Source: Candidatus Velamenicoccus archaeovorus (lineage in GTDB: Bacteria; Omnitrophota; Gorgyraeia; Velamenicoccales; Velamenicoccaceae). Taken from it: a stretch of 32,000 nucleotides of DNA. Below the pieces are notes generated by a model that ran no database searches, was not told the DNA's origin, and saw nothing but the letters and a program-made list of their open reading frames with translations. Positions 25,201-32,000 of this stretch are shown here, piece by piece (the stretch's first letter is position 1; every line of letters starts with the position of its first letter). Both the position numbers and the translations under genes were made by a program. The stretch lies in assembly GCF_004102945.1 (NCBI RefSeq), contig NZ_CP019384.1:1890001-1922000 (forward strand), read 5' to 3'.

Positions 25201-25885
25201 TGTGCAGATCCTCGAAGTTACTGACAAGGCTCTGATAGTTTGCGCCAAAACGCTTTGAAACCGTTACTCCGCTGAAGTTAGCGATGGGATTATTATTAAT
25301 CTCTATTGCTTCAATCGATTCGATTTCCCCTTCACAAAGAGCAAGCAGAACATTCAAATAGTGGCTGTCGCCGTCTTCCCAAAGGAATTGATTGATGATG
25401 TTGCCGCCGATCCTGTGCTCGCCGTAGACAACCGCCACCGGCACCCCTACCTCCTGGATAGTCTGCACACCGTCCCAGCCGTAAGTAGGCGATCCTTCAT
25501 CTATGCCGGTTGCCGAACCTAAATTGAAATCCGGCATTTTCGGCTGGTTCATATGCTGATAAATGGCATAGCCCATTGATAGCACAAAGAACGTAAATAA
25601 GAATGGATGCGCTACGGCCACGGCCCATACTGCGGAAACTATAGCGGAGATAATCGCCACCACCGGCGCCTTTACTTCCGGAATAATGGTAATCTCGTCT
25701 TCATTATCAAGATATGCGGACAGATTCTCAATGCGCTTGCCGCTGACAATAACGCGCTTATTCTCATAATCAAAGCCGGACTCAATCAAGACTTCCTGAA
25801 GCGTCTTGTGGCGGGAGTAAGAAACCTCCTTAACTTGAGCCTCTTCTAGCTTAAACGGATTTTCTATATTCCTTATGGTCAGCAT
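22265..25885 (-). CDS. Tail tip / host-specificity protein, lambda gpJ-like, with an N-terminal gpI-like module
   Basis: YPNTALLGLQL and NPVWCLRDFIISNRYGLG parallel lambda J YPNTALVGVQV and NMAWCLWDMLTHPRYGMG. The N-terminus has a hydrophobic stretch plus VPVAVVYGEHRIGGNII, as in lambda gpI. The ORF is open to 25975; the ATG at 25885 minimises overlap with the K-like gene. Confidence 0.85.
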   Translation of the reverse strand: MLTIRNIENPFKLEEAQVKEVSYSRHKTLQEVLIESGFDYENKRVIVSGKRIENLSAYLDNEDEITIIPEVKAPVVAIISAIVSAVWAVAVAHPFLFTFFVLSMGYAIYQHMNQPKMPDFNLGSATGIDEGSPTYGWDGVQTIQEVGVPVAVVYGEHRIGGNIINQFLWEDGDSHYLNVLLALCEGEIESIEAIEINNNPIANFSGVTVSKRFGANYQSLVSNFEDLHNLYPVNANLVKDSPYIYTTVDLDVEGFEIHLRLNNGLYQQSSGSGDIQSWSVTYKVEYKLHSEGTYIDLGETTISEKSRSTVRRVFRKAGLAPGQYDIRITRTSDDSSLSPLRQGDLTLFQIDELKTDDLSYPNTALLGLQLLATDQLNGGTPNVTAVVKGKKVLVPDIRNSGAQVSWEDYYWDGSNYRLLSDDTLLEWDGITYVQKYSANPVWCLRDFIISNRYGLGEFILTTHLDNASLLEMSQYCEEKVADGKGGFEKRFRLDVVIDSNHKALDILIQLSAVFNAMPVYSAGGIAFKIDKQTLPTQLFGMGNIVKDSFVQSWKTIKEVPNVIEVQFTDKEKNYRQETIAYIDEEDLANGAPMRKSQVRLFTTGASYAIRAARYALKVAKYINRSIVFKAGIDAVACQAGDIISLSHDVPQWGFSGRVKDGSTTVLIKLDRPMTIEDGKSYKIQIRFSDDSIDERLITSPAGTYTEISCQAFTNTPQGFDVFAIGETNKVKKDFRVVAIQREGKNEVQIQALEYNEAVYDDSDIILPQNNYSSLSGEIPTVTNLTLTESLVKKTDGTIENAIDVWFDRPVFVDHYVKSFARAKIYLSDDGGLSWGARGETTGSYFRIIGDIVDRHTYKVRVTSLTDMDEESSLTAAPEASIAVVGKSAPPSDVSTFLVNQNRDQLYFGWSEISDVDVWGYEIRRGVDWESGEVITFQQGTHYLTTGLKKGIDQKFWIKAIDTSGNYSENPTQSVLTVGEIPFRNIVAEYQEHPLWPGVKTNLEVSFETLVISDGFLSGEYDTPVRDIGYVAAAFIEIEAIISLSTGRRFNSDPDARFNDSLSYRFTGQETQNVASFKIRLSEDNINWSEWADYQPGDYYCRYFQIKMVLTRENLGDYVTCSTLQYLADLPDVDDFGSDAVSDANEGKEVFFTKTYHEEPNVHIEITSGGGVYTQFVDKSTTSFKVKLFNAQGVAQTGAFDWHSHGV

Positions 25886-26358
25886 ATCCTGTCTTTTAAC
25901 CTGTAAAATCCCTCTATCTTCGTCTGCCACGAGGGGTCGTTTATCCTTGAAATAATCACTCCCGGTCTTGCGCAATGGATAAACCTTCCATTGCTCAAAA
26001 TTATGCCTGCGTGATTGGCAATTTTCCTTGAGTTAACAAACAATACTCCGTCGAGCATCTCAGGCGTCTTAACGCTCACCCAGTCATGAAAGTAATGCTC
26101 TTTAAAATAATCCTTACCCTGCGCTCCCCAGATCTTGCTGTATTCCAAATCCTCAATATCAAACAGCCTCACCCCTAGATCAGCGTAGACAAGCTTTAAG
26201 AATCCCCAGCAGTCAAGCCCTTCTAAGGACCGGCCGCGGTGCCGGTACGGCAGCCCAAGATATTTGCCGATAATAAATTGCTCTACATCACGTAGATGCG
26301 CCTTGCCGGTACCGACGGAAACGCCCCGAATCTCTGATAATTGTTCAGTTGTTTGCAT
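25879..26358 (-). CDS. NlpC/P60 tail-tip peptidase, lambda gpK-like (no MPN/JAB domain)
   Basis: Catalytic Cys in GLDCWGF, His in ANHAGII and His in FIHC. The start is uncertain: ATGs at 26358 and 26379, and the track start at 26406. All three overlap the L-like gene. Confidence 0.75.
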   Translation of the reverse strand: MQTTEQLSEIRGVSVGTGKAHLRDVEQFIIGKYLGLPYRHRGRSLEGLDCWGFLKLVYADLGVRLFDIEDLEYSKIWGAQGKDYFKEHYFHDWVSVKTPEMLDGVLFVNSRKIANHAGIILSNGRFIHCARPGVIISRINDPSWQTKIEGFYRLKDRIC

Positions 26359-26894
26359 CTCTGTTTTGTCTTGTTGCATGTAAACTCTGCTCCCGAATAA
26401 CCGCACTCCGCGGCTTTAAACTTCCAGCTACAGTAATTGCGCGAATACCGCCTTGCCGGAAGGTCTACGCCGAGAACGTCAAACTTTCCTGTCAGGGTAA
26501 GCTCCACATTGTTTTGGTCTGCCGTATAGCTGTCGATGTAAAATATGTCGTCCATAAAGGCGTCCGGATCAGATAATTGATCCAGCCAGACCATGCGTAT
26601 CGTGACTTTTTTGCCACGGAAATCGAACTGCTCCAAGTAAAGCTGGATCAGCCTTGAGACATTGGCGAGGCGCACCTTAACCTGGTCAATCTGGCCTTGA
26701 TTGTTCTCGCCTACAAACTCATGAGTTATAGGAAACCGCGAATAAGTAATGCCGTTATAAATTACATCCTCGTCAAAGCTCGCAAGATAGAGATCGTTTG
26801 TGCCGTCATATTTTTCAAGCGTATATAAAAATATCGGCGCATTCTCGCGCTTGGCTTTCTCCTGCTTGAATGTAGCGTCTATTTCTCGCGGCAT
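26283..26894 (-). CDS. Minor tail protein, lambda gpL-like, with a C-terminal 4-Cys cluster
   Basis: CSWKFKAAECGYSGAEFTCNKTKQRC...RFGAFPSVP. gpL-family proteins are known to bind an Fe-S cluster through such C-terminal cysteines. Synteny between the M-like and K-like genes supports the call. Confidence 0.7.
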   Translation of the reverse strand: MPREIDATFKQEKAKRENAPIFLYTLEKYDGTNDLYLASFDEDVIYNGITYSRFPITHEFVGENNQGQIDQVKVRLANVSRLIQLYLEQFDFRGKKVTIRMVWLDQLSDPDAFMDDIFYIDSYTADQNNVELTLTGKFDVLGVDLPARRYSRNYCSWKFKAAECGYSGAEFTCNKTKQRCKQLNNYQRFGAFPSVPARRIYVM

Positions 26895-27232
26895 TATTTC
26901 ACCTCAACAAACTCGCATTCAAAGTCATACACTCCGTATGCCTTGCGGCTAAACTGAAAGCTGTCCTCAACAAAACGCACGGTGTATTCAAACGAATCAT
27001 TAGGATTCGTCCAGGTGAATGCCATGAATGCCCCAAACCTGCTCTTAAAAAAATCTAAAACTTCTGCCATCTCCGCCTGGGTCCTGTTATTAAATCTGAG
27101 TGTCCATTTTGCTAAAGGATTCGCCCATTTACGCCGTCTCTGCTCTGCTCCGTTTTCAAACTCAGACACAAGCGTTTTGTATTCCACCGCCTCATCAATG
27201 AGAAAATCCGGAAGATGAGTAAAATCGCTCAT
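26894..27232 (-). CDS. Minor tail protein, lambda gpM-like
   Basis: FENGAEQRR...WTLRF...EVLDFFKSRFGAFMAFTWTNP parallels gpM FGDGYSQR...LESFLEEHGGWKSFLWTPP. It directly follows the tape measure gene. Confidence 0.7.
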   Translation of the reverse strand: MSDFTHLPDFLIDEAVEYKTLVSEFENGAEQRRRKWANPLAKWTLRFNNRTQAEMAEVLDFFKSRFGAFMAFTWTNPNDSFEYTVRFVEDSFQFSRKAYGVYDFECEFVEVK

Positions 27233-28773
27233 GTATAACTCCTGATTACCGACCGAATCTTGCCGTTGTTATAAATGTCATCCGCAATGGCGTTTGATAA
27301 CATCTTGCGGTTTCGCCATACGTCCTGCGCGTCCCACGCCTGGATAACTTGATTCACATTTATGGTTATGCCTGCTTTGGCAGGCTTTCCTTCATTTAGA
27401 GATCTTAAGTTGTCCGGCCCGCCCAAGGCAGCCATACCGCGCCTGGATAAAACTCCTTCTCCGGTCTGGGCAATAACCGGCACCTCATCAGGCGCAAGCC
27501 CTGCGTGCGCTCGGACAGGTAAGATCTGGCCGCCTGAGTGATAAATCATTCCGCCCTGATGGAAAAACGGGATCATACCGGGAAAAATTGAACCGATAGT
27601 CTTAACAAGAATCATCCTGGCCAAGACCTCAGCAAGGACCTCCAGCATCATATTGCCTAATTCAGCGAAATAATCTCTTACATCATCAATCTGTCCTTTG
27701 AACGCATCGCTAAAAAAGTGCTTAAATACGCTTCCCAATGACCGGGCAACGCCTTCCCCCATAGACTGAATCGCGTCAAACTTCTGCGCCACTTCCTCAA
27801 TCTTTACATCCTTGCCTAAATTCTTAAGGGCATCAATAAAACCATTTATCGCATTCTTTGCCTTGTCGTATCCTTTAACGAGGCTGCCCTCGCCGGTCAC
27901 CAGGACGTTTGAAATCTTATTGCCTACCCTGTCCATCTCCGCATCAGAGGCTTTGATCAGGCCCTGCAGATTATCGCGGAAGCGTTTGATGTGCTCTGAT
28001 GCCTCCCTGTATGGCTCGCCGAGTTTTCCGGGAAGCTTGCCCAAAACATCGTAAAATTTCTCTAGCCCAAGGGCCAGCTTGTCAAAACCCACCAAGAGAT
28101 ATTTGATAAGTTTGACAAATCCGATGTAGACCATCTCCGCGCCGATCTCAACTGCATTCAGGACCGGCACCGCTGCATCTCTGAATTTGAGAAATACAAC
28201 AATAAGAATTGATACGGCAACAGCAATCCCGGCAATCCAAGGATGCGCCAGGGCAAATAAGGCCAGCTTGCCGACCAAGCCAATAATAAGCCCGCTCAAA
28301 CGTATCAGCCGCCCTATCAAAGCAACTACAACTCCGCTAAGCGTCATAAAAATGCCAGTCACTGCAATAGTCTGAACGATCATTTGCTGTGTTGCCGGTG
28401 TCAGGCTATTCCACATATTAAGCAGATTGCCAAAGACATTGGCCAGCTTATGCGCAACCGGCACTAATGCCTCGGCAATACTTACCCGCAGGCCGATAAA
28501 GGCGTTATCAAGGCGTTTAAGCTCGTTTGAAACGGAGAGGGAATATTTCTCTGCGGATTTAAAGGCAAGAGCAAGGGGCCCGGTCAATGCGCCGCCCATA
28601 AAAACAAGGTTCTGGCCGACCTGCGCTATCTCTCTGCCTACCTGACGAAGCGTGCCACCAAGCTGCTTGCAGGAATTGGCGAACTTCTGCAGATTGCCTT
28701 CTATCCCCTGCAGGCGCTTTGAGACCTCGTCTTTTAATTTCATGATGATTTCGAGTTCTCTGTTAGTAGGCAT
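27229..28773 (-). CDS. Tail tape measure protein
   Basis: 514 aa. Helical N-terminal part and a central cluster of hydrophobic helices. Positioned immediately after the G/GT chaperone pair and before the M-like gene. Confidence 0.8.
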   Translation of the reverse strand: MPTNRELEIIMKLKDEVSKRLQGIEGNLQKFANSCKQLGGTLRQVGREIAQVGQNLVFMGGALTGPLALAFKSAEKYSLSVSNELKRLDNAFIGLRVSIAEALVPVAHKLANVFGNLLNMWNSLTPATQQMIVQTIAVTGIFMTLSGVVVALIGRLIRLSGLIIGLVGKLALFALAHPWIAGIAVAVSILIVVFLKFRDAAVPVLNAVEIGAEMVYIGFVKLIKYLLVGFDKLALGLEKFYDVLGKLPGKLGEPYREASEHIKRFRDNLQGLIKASDAEMDRVGNKISNVLVTGEGSLVKGYDKAKNAINGFIDALKNLGKDVKIEEVAQKFDAIQSMGEGVARSLGSVFKHFFSDAFKGQIDDVRDYFAELGNMMLEVLAEVLARMILVKTIGSIFPGMIPFFHQGGMIYHSGGQILPVRAHAGLAPDEVPVIAQTGEGVLSRRGMAALGGPDNLRSLNEGKPAKAGITINVNQVIQAWDAQDVWRNRKMLSNAIADDIYNNGKIRSVIRSYT

Positions 28774-29506
28774 TAATCCTCTTTTTCTTTTGCCAGCGCA
28801 ATCTCGCGTTCGATTATCTTCATTGCCTGGATAAATTTAAGCGGCTGATCTAACCAGCCGCCGGGATTAGGCAGATATCCTTTCTCGAAAAAAAGATACG
28901 CGTTCAAATATTCTATGCTCGCTCTAGTAACAAGTTTCCTTGGACACCGCCTGAATTCCCAGTCCTTTAACTTCCAGACGCCCTCAATCGGCGAATCTTC
29001 CTCGCAGCCGCGCTCCAGCTTTAAAGCGTCTGAGCACGTCTGGCAGTCGAGCTTAAACTTGTGCAGCCCGACCGCCAGGATCAGTTTTTTTCTTCGTCCC
29101 CGCTCAACGAATTCTCGGCTAAAATCACTTCCGAAAGCTCGTCTATCAAAGCCTTGGGCAGCATCGAAATAATCTCATCGGTAACAGCCGTATAATTCTT
29201 CCCGTTTATTGCCGTTGAAACCGTGTCAAACTTAAGCGGCTTCTTATCCCGCGGATCCAAAAAGTTGTCAAAACCCTTAAGCCCGAACTTGACCACTAAA
29301 AGATTACGCTTTGAGGCGTTAATATTTGCCTTAGCCGGATCCTTCGGGTTCTTGGAGCTGAATTCAAAAGACGTGGTTTGATCCTCGATATAAGCCCTTA
29401 AATAAGAATCCAAAAGTCCGACGTGAAAGATTGTGGAATTATCCTTATCCGGATCGAGTTTTGACTTATAAGGCTTGGCTTCATAAATGTTTATTCCGGT
29501 AAGCAT
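28773..29506 (-). CDS. Tail assembly chaperone, gpGT-like (-1 frameshift fusion product)
   Basis: The -1 frame is open for 103 codons, from the slip site to a TAA that overlaps the tape measure ATG (TAATG). That frame has no ATG, GTG or TTG start for its first 59 codons. Confidence 0.7.
29081..29506 (-). CDS. Tail assembly chaperone, gpG-like (zero-frame product)
   Basis: 141-aa ORF between the tube and tape measure genes. It ends ...GDEEKN* with the slippery heptamer in its last codons. Confidence 0.75.
   Translation of the reverse strand: MLTGINIYEAKPYKSKLDPDKDNSTIFHVGLLDSYLRAYIEDQTTSFEFSSKNPKDPAKANINASKRNLLVVKFGLKGFDNFLDPRDKKPLKFDTVSTAINGKNYTAVTDEIISMLPKALIDELSEVILAENSLSGDEEKN
29084..29090 (-). 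other. Programmed -1 ribosomal frameshift slippery heptamer A_AAA_AAC
   Basis: Zero-frame codons are GAA AAA AAC TGA. An 11-bp stem (GGCGGUCGGGC / GCUCGACUGCC, two G-U pairs; 29042-29076) begins 7 nt downstream. Confidence 0.7.
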
Positions 29507-29522
29507 GGGCTACCTCCTTTTT

Positions 29523-30665
29523 TTATAACGCTAAAATGCTTAATTCATCATCCCCGTATAAAAGCGAGCCGTTGAGACTGAACGTGCTCTTGGCTATTTG
29601 CAGGCCGTCCCTATCTTCATCTTCAACCTTGGTATACTGCGCGCGGGGAATATAAAACCTGAACTTATTCCCGGCGACAGATCCCACTGTAAAATCAACC
29701 ACCATCTCAGCGCCTGAAAACCACTTGGCATGAAAATCATACGCAGCAGATAAAACCATCTCCGGGTTAAATGAACCTAGGACATTTCTGCCGGTAACAG
29801 CAAAAGACAAGATCCCGCGCTGGTCATTTATATCGTCTCGCTCTGCCAGGATGCTACCGAAATCGATATCCATTTCTCCGACCTTAGCGGAATAAGCATC
29901 CACTGAGAAAAGCGCGCTTAAAAACGCCGGGGGCTTGGTAGTTTCGTAAGTGACGTTGCTAAGAAATGCCGTATCCGCTACCCCTGCTTCTACGCCCTGA
30001 AAATCAAAATCAAGAAGTACCGGCTCTCCTGACTTAAAGCCAAACTTTACCTTGCCCCGGCATCCTTTTAAAAGTTTTCGCAGGCCGTCCTCGTAGCAGC
30101 CCTGGGTAAGAGACGGAATGCTATCTGAGATCGGCTTAAACTCATTGCCGACAGTTGACGGCACAGATGATGTAGCGGCAGTTGCAGTTGACGTACCTCC
30201 GGTAATTACTTCTCCGCTGACAAAGGTCCCGGAAATAGTAACAAACAGGATCGCGGTTGCGCCGTTAGCGGTATTAATAACAACTCTCCCTTTAGCCGCA
30301 GATGTGCCGCCGGTAATCGTTTCTCCATGCTGAAAAGGCCCGTTGGTAATCGCACCTATATTCATGGACTTTAGAGTATTAACCCCAAATCCGCAGGCCT
30401 GAAGCAGCTTGCCCCATTCCGGCACAGTAGCAGCTGCGCCTGAACCTCGTAACTCTAAGCGGAATGATAATCCTGCAGGCCGCTTGCCGGGGATTTTGCC
30501 TATGTTCGAAAATGTCTGTCTGGCAGGGTTGCGCTCAAACATTGCAATATCAAAACTCACCTTCGGGTTATAGACTAAAAGCCTGGCATCTGCCGCAGCC
30601 AAAGTTTCAGCGGTGCCTTCTACCGCTTCTATTTTTGCTGCTAATTGACGCTTACGTGTAAGCAT
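29523..30665 (-). CDS. Major tail tube protein with an inserted duplicated GExITGGTS module
   Basis: Called by synteny: it lies immediately upstream of the G/GT genes. 380 aa. AAAGGAGG Shine-Dalgarno sequence. Internal repeat: GPFQHGETITGGTSAA and GTFVSGEVITGGTSTA. Confidence 0.6.
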   Translation of the reverse strand: MLTRKRQLAAKIEAVEGTAETLAAADARLLVYNPKVSFDIAMFERNPARQTFSNIGKIPGKRPAGLSFRLELRGSGAAATVPEWGKLLQACGFGVNTLKSMNIGAITNGPFQHGETITGGTSAAKGRVVINTANGATAILFVTISGTFVSGEVITGGTSTATAATSSVPSTVGNEFKPISDSIPSLTQGCYEDGLRKLLKGCRGKVKFGFKSGEPVLLDFDFQGVEAGVADTAFLSNVTYETTKPPAFLSALFSVDAYSAKVGEMDIDFGSILAERDDINDQRGILSFAVTGRNVLGSFNPEMVLSAAYDFHAKWFSGAEMVVDFTVGSVAGNKFRFYIPRAQYTKVEDEDRDGLQIAKSTFSLNGSLLYGDDELSILAL

Positions 30666-30678
30666 GATTTAACCTCCT

Positions 30679-31137
30679 CTATCCCGAAATTTCGGGATCG
30701 TTTTGTTTGTGCTGATAAAATATCTCCAGCTCTATGATGATGCCTGCCTGCGGCTGGCCTTCCAAAGTTTCAAAAAGGACATTGGACTTGATATTCGTAT
30801 CTTTGGCAAAACCCCCGCGCGTGTAGTCAACCATAAGCGATTTTTCGATATCTCCCAAAAGACTATTTAAGAGCGCGTCTGTCGGCTGCGGATCATCCTG
30901 CGCCTGCCTTGTCCAGACATCAAGATAGACGGTAAACTTGCAGGTTGTAAAAGGGTTAGGCACCGGCTCTTTTTCTTCGGGTCCGGCATTAATCACTATG
31001 CAAGGGATCAAGACAAGCGAATTCCCGGACTGCCGCCACCTCTGCACGCTGGCAATGTCATTGTGATAACCGTTTGCGATTGAGATTGCCTCAAGCGTTG
31101 TCTTTACGTTCTCTAAAATGCTTTCTCTGACCGTCAT
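30679..31137 (-). CDS. Tail terminator / tail completion protein (DUF3168-like, by position)
   Basis: 152-aa ORF directly upstream of the tube gene, with an ATGA overlap to the upstream gene. Confidence 0.4.
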   Translation of the reverse strand: MTVRESILENVKTTLEAISIANGYHNDIASVQRWRQSGNSLVLIPCIVINAGPEEKEPVPNPFTTCKFTVYLDVWTRQAQDDPQPTDALLNSLLGDIEKSLMVDYTRGGFAKDTNIKSNVLFETLEGQPQAGIIIELEIFYQHKQNDPEISG

Positions 31138-31739
31138 ACTTTATTCAGCGCCTTTTCAATTGATTTGTTTAAAATATCTATCCGCTCATTCTGCATGTCA
31201 TCCCATGTTTTATAGAACATGAGCCTTGGCCGGATGCGCACGCTGTTTTTCAAAACAAAAATAGGGATCAGCTCGCGCAGTTTCTTTTTAACCTTGGCCA
31301 GGAATGTCTTGCCTTTCAATTGAATGGGGATAACATTTTTAAGCAGCCGCGGCTGCTTGTATTGTTTCTTAAGCCTGCCGTCAGAGGTAAATAGTTCTTT
31401 CCTTGCCGAAAGCGGCACGGCAAGCTTGCCGCCCCCTGGATTTTTAAGCGTTGCACCCTGTTCATGCATGCGGGCAATCTTTGAATCCGAGAAAATCACC
31501 ATGCCCATGCCCTCGATATCCTGCGACAGGAGGCTTGCCCTGCTGAAATGCGTAAAAATCCCATGAGGCCTGCCCTTTATCCCTGGCGGGCCCTGAAGCC
31601 GTGTTTGTTTGAAGATTTTTAAGAATTTGCGCGTGGCATGATCCATCCCGTCGGCAATTTTGTATTTTAGCTCTTTCGGAAAAAGCCTGATTGCCCGCTC
31701 TAAATTCTTTGTGTTAATCTCCAGTTTTAGCTCGCTCAT
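31134..31739 (-). CDS. Head-tail joining / tail completion protein (HK97 gp10-like, by position)
   Basis: The preferred start MSELKLEI at 31739 forms an ATGA overlap with the upstream stop; the track start is 31760. Weak resemblance (MHEQGA) to the gp10-family core. Confidence 0.4.
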   Translation of the reverse strand: MSELKLEINTKNLERAIRLFPKELKYKIADGMDHATRKFLKIFKQTRLQGPPGIKGRPHGIFTHFSRASLLSQDIEGMGMVIFSDSKIARMHEQGATLKNPGGGKLAVPLSARKELFTSDGRLKKQYKQPRLLKNVIPIQLKGKTFLAKVKKKLRELIPIFVLKNSVRIRPRLMFYKTWDDMQNERIDILNKSIEKALNKV

Positions 31740-32000
31740 TTCTGCAAAAGCAAATGCCATACTCCTTCGTCTTGTCCTAAGATATCCGCCACTACCCAGT
31801 CAATTGCGCCTCCGCCGACAACCTCTGCAAGCGAAACAATATCCCCGCCTTTGTTAATAGACGCGGCACCGGATGTTTCATCATTGGCAATAAATATCTC
31901 ACATTGGTTTATGAGAACGCGGCCCGCATCCTCGTAGGCAGGGTCTATGCGCTTGCGGTTCACAAGCGCTTTAATAACTTTCGCTGATCCGCCTTTAGGC
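31736..32000 (-). CDS. 3' part of a phage head-tail connector-region gene, open at the window edge
   Basis: The frame stays open upstream of the GTG at 31963 to position 31999 (PKGGSAKVIKAL-VNRKR...), so the true start is probably outside the window. Confidence 0.4.
   Translation of the reverse strand, partial: PKGGSAKVIKALVNRKRIDPAYEDAGRVLINQCEIFIANDETSGAASINKGGDIVSLAEVVGGGAIDWVVADILGQDEGVWHLLLQK

Larger units (their letters stand above)
16048..32000 (-). mobile_element. Tail-module half of a lambda-like siphovirus prophage (or phage-derived element); the right end lies beyond the window
   Basis: Contiguous co-oriented genes in canonical order: joining proteins, tube, G/GT, tape measure, M, L, K, I-J, fibres, small membrane proteins. 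No integrase, att repeat or tRNA is visible in the window. Confidence 0.75.

Overview
Every credible gene in this window is on the minus strand. Family calls below come from motifs read directly off the translations; no database search was run.

- **1-4.5 kb, accessory/defence islet.** It holds a type II restriction-modification pair that sits 30 nt downstream of a LexA-type repressor. Next comes a separately terminated two-gene cassette: a ThsB-like TIR-like (DUF1863-type) protein plus an uncharacterised protein with a winged-helix C-terminus. A DUF2934 mini-protein follows.
- **4.5-15.9 kb, host regulatory and ion-homeostasis genes.** These are MgtE, two Rnk/GreA-like regulators (one split by a 1-nt frameshift), a PhoU-like protein and a UPF0316 membrane protein. 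Three paralogous ~45-residue 'MCPY' Cys-rich mini-proteins are interleaved with them. The region also carries a tandem-receiver response regulator, a histidine kinase with an OmpR-type regulator, an NhaP2-type K+/H+ antiporter, YeaO/DUF488, a cupin and a hemerythrin-like protein.
- **16.0-32.0 kb (open at the right edge), tail half of a lambda-like siphovirus prophage.** It encodes head-tail joining proteins, a tail tube protein and the G/GT chaperone pair. The pair has a textbook A_AAA_AAC -1 slippery site and a downstream hairpin. Tape measure, gpM-, gpL- and gpK-like proteins, an I-J fusion, fibre genes and small membrane proteins follow.

**Most unusual observation.** A RiPP-style cassette is embedded in the tail-fibre operon. 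A 191-aa fibre-like protein has three HxH-ending repeats and a C-terminal tail with 16 Cys in 32 residues, including (Cys-Thr)x8. It is followed at 1-3 nt spacing by a SPASM-type radical SAM enzyme and a B12-binding-domain-type radical SAM enzyme.

**Second candidate.** The non-canonical TIR-like/winged-helix pair.
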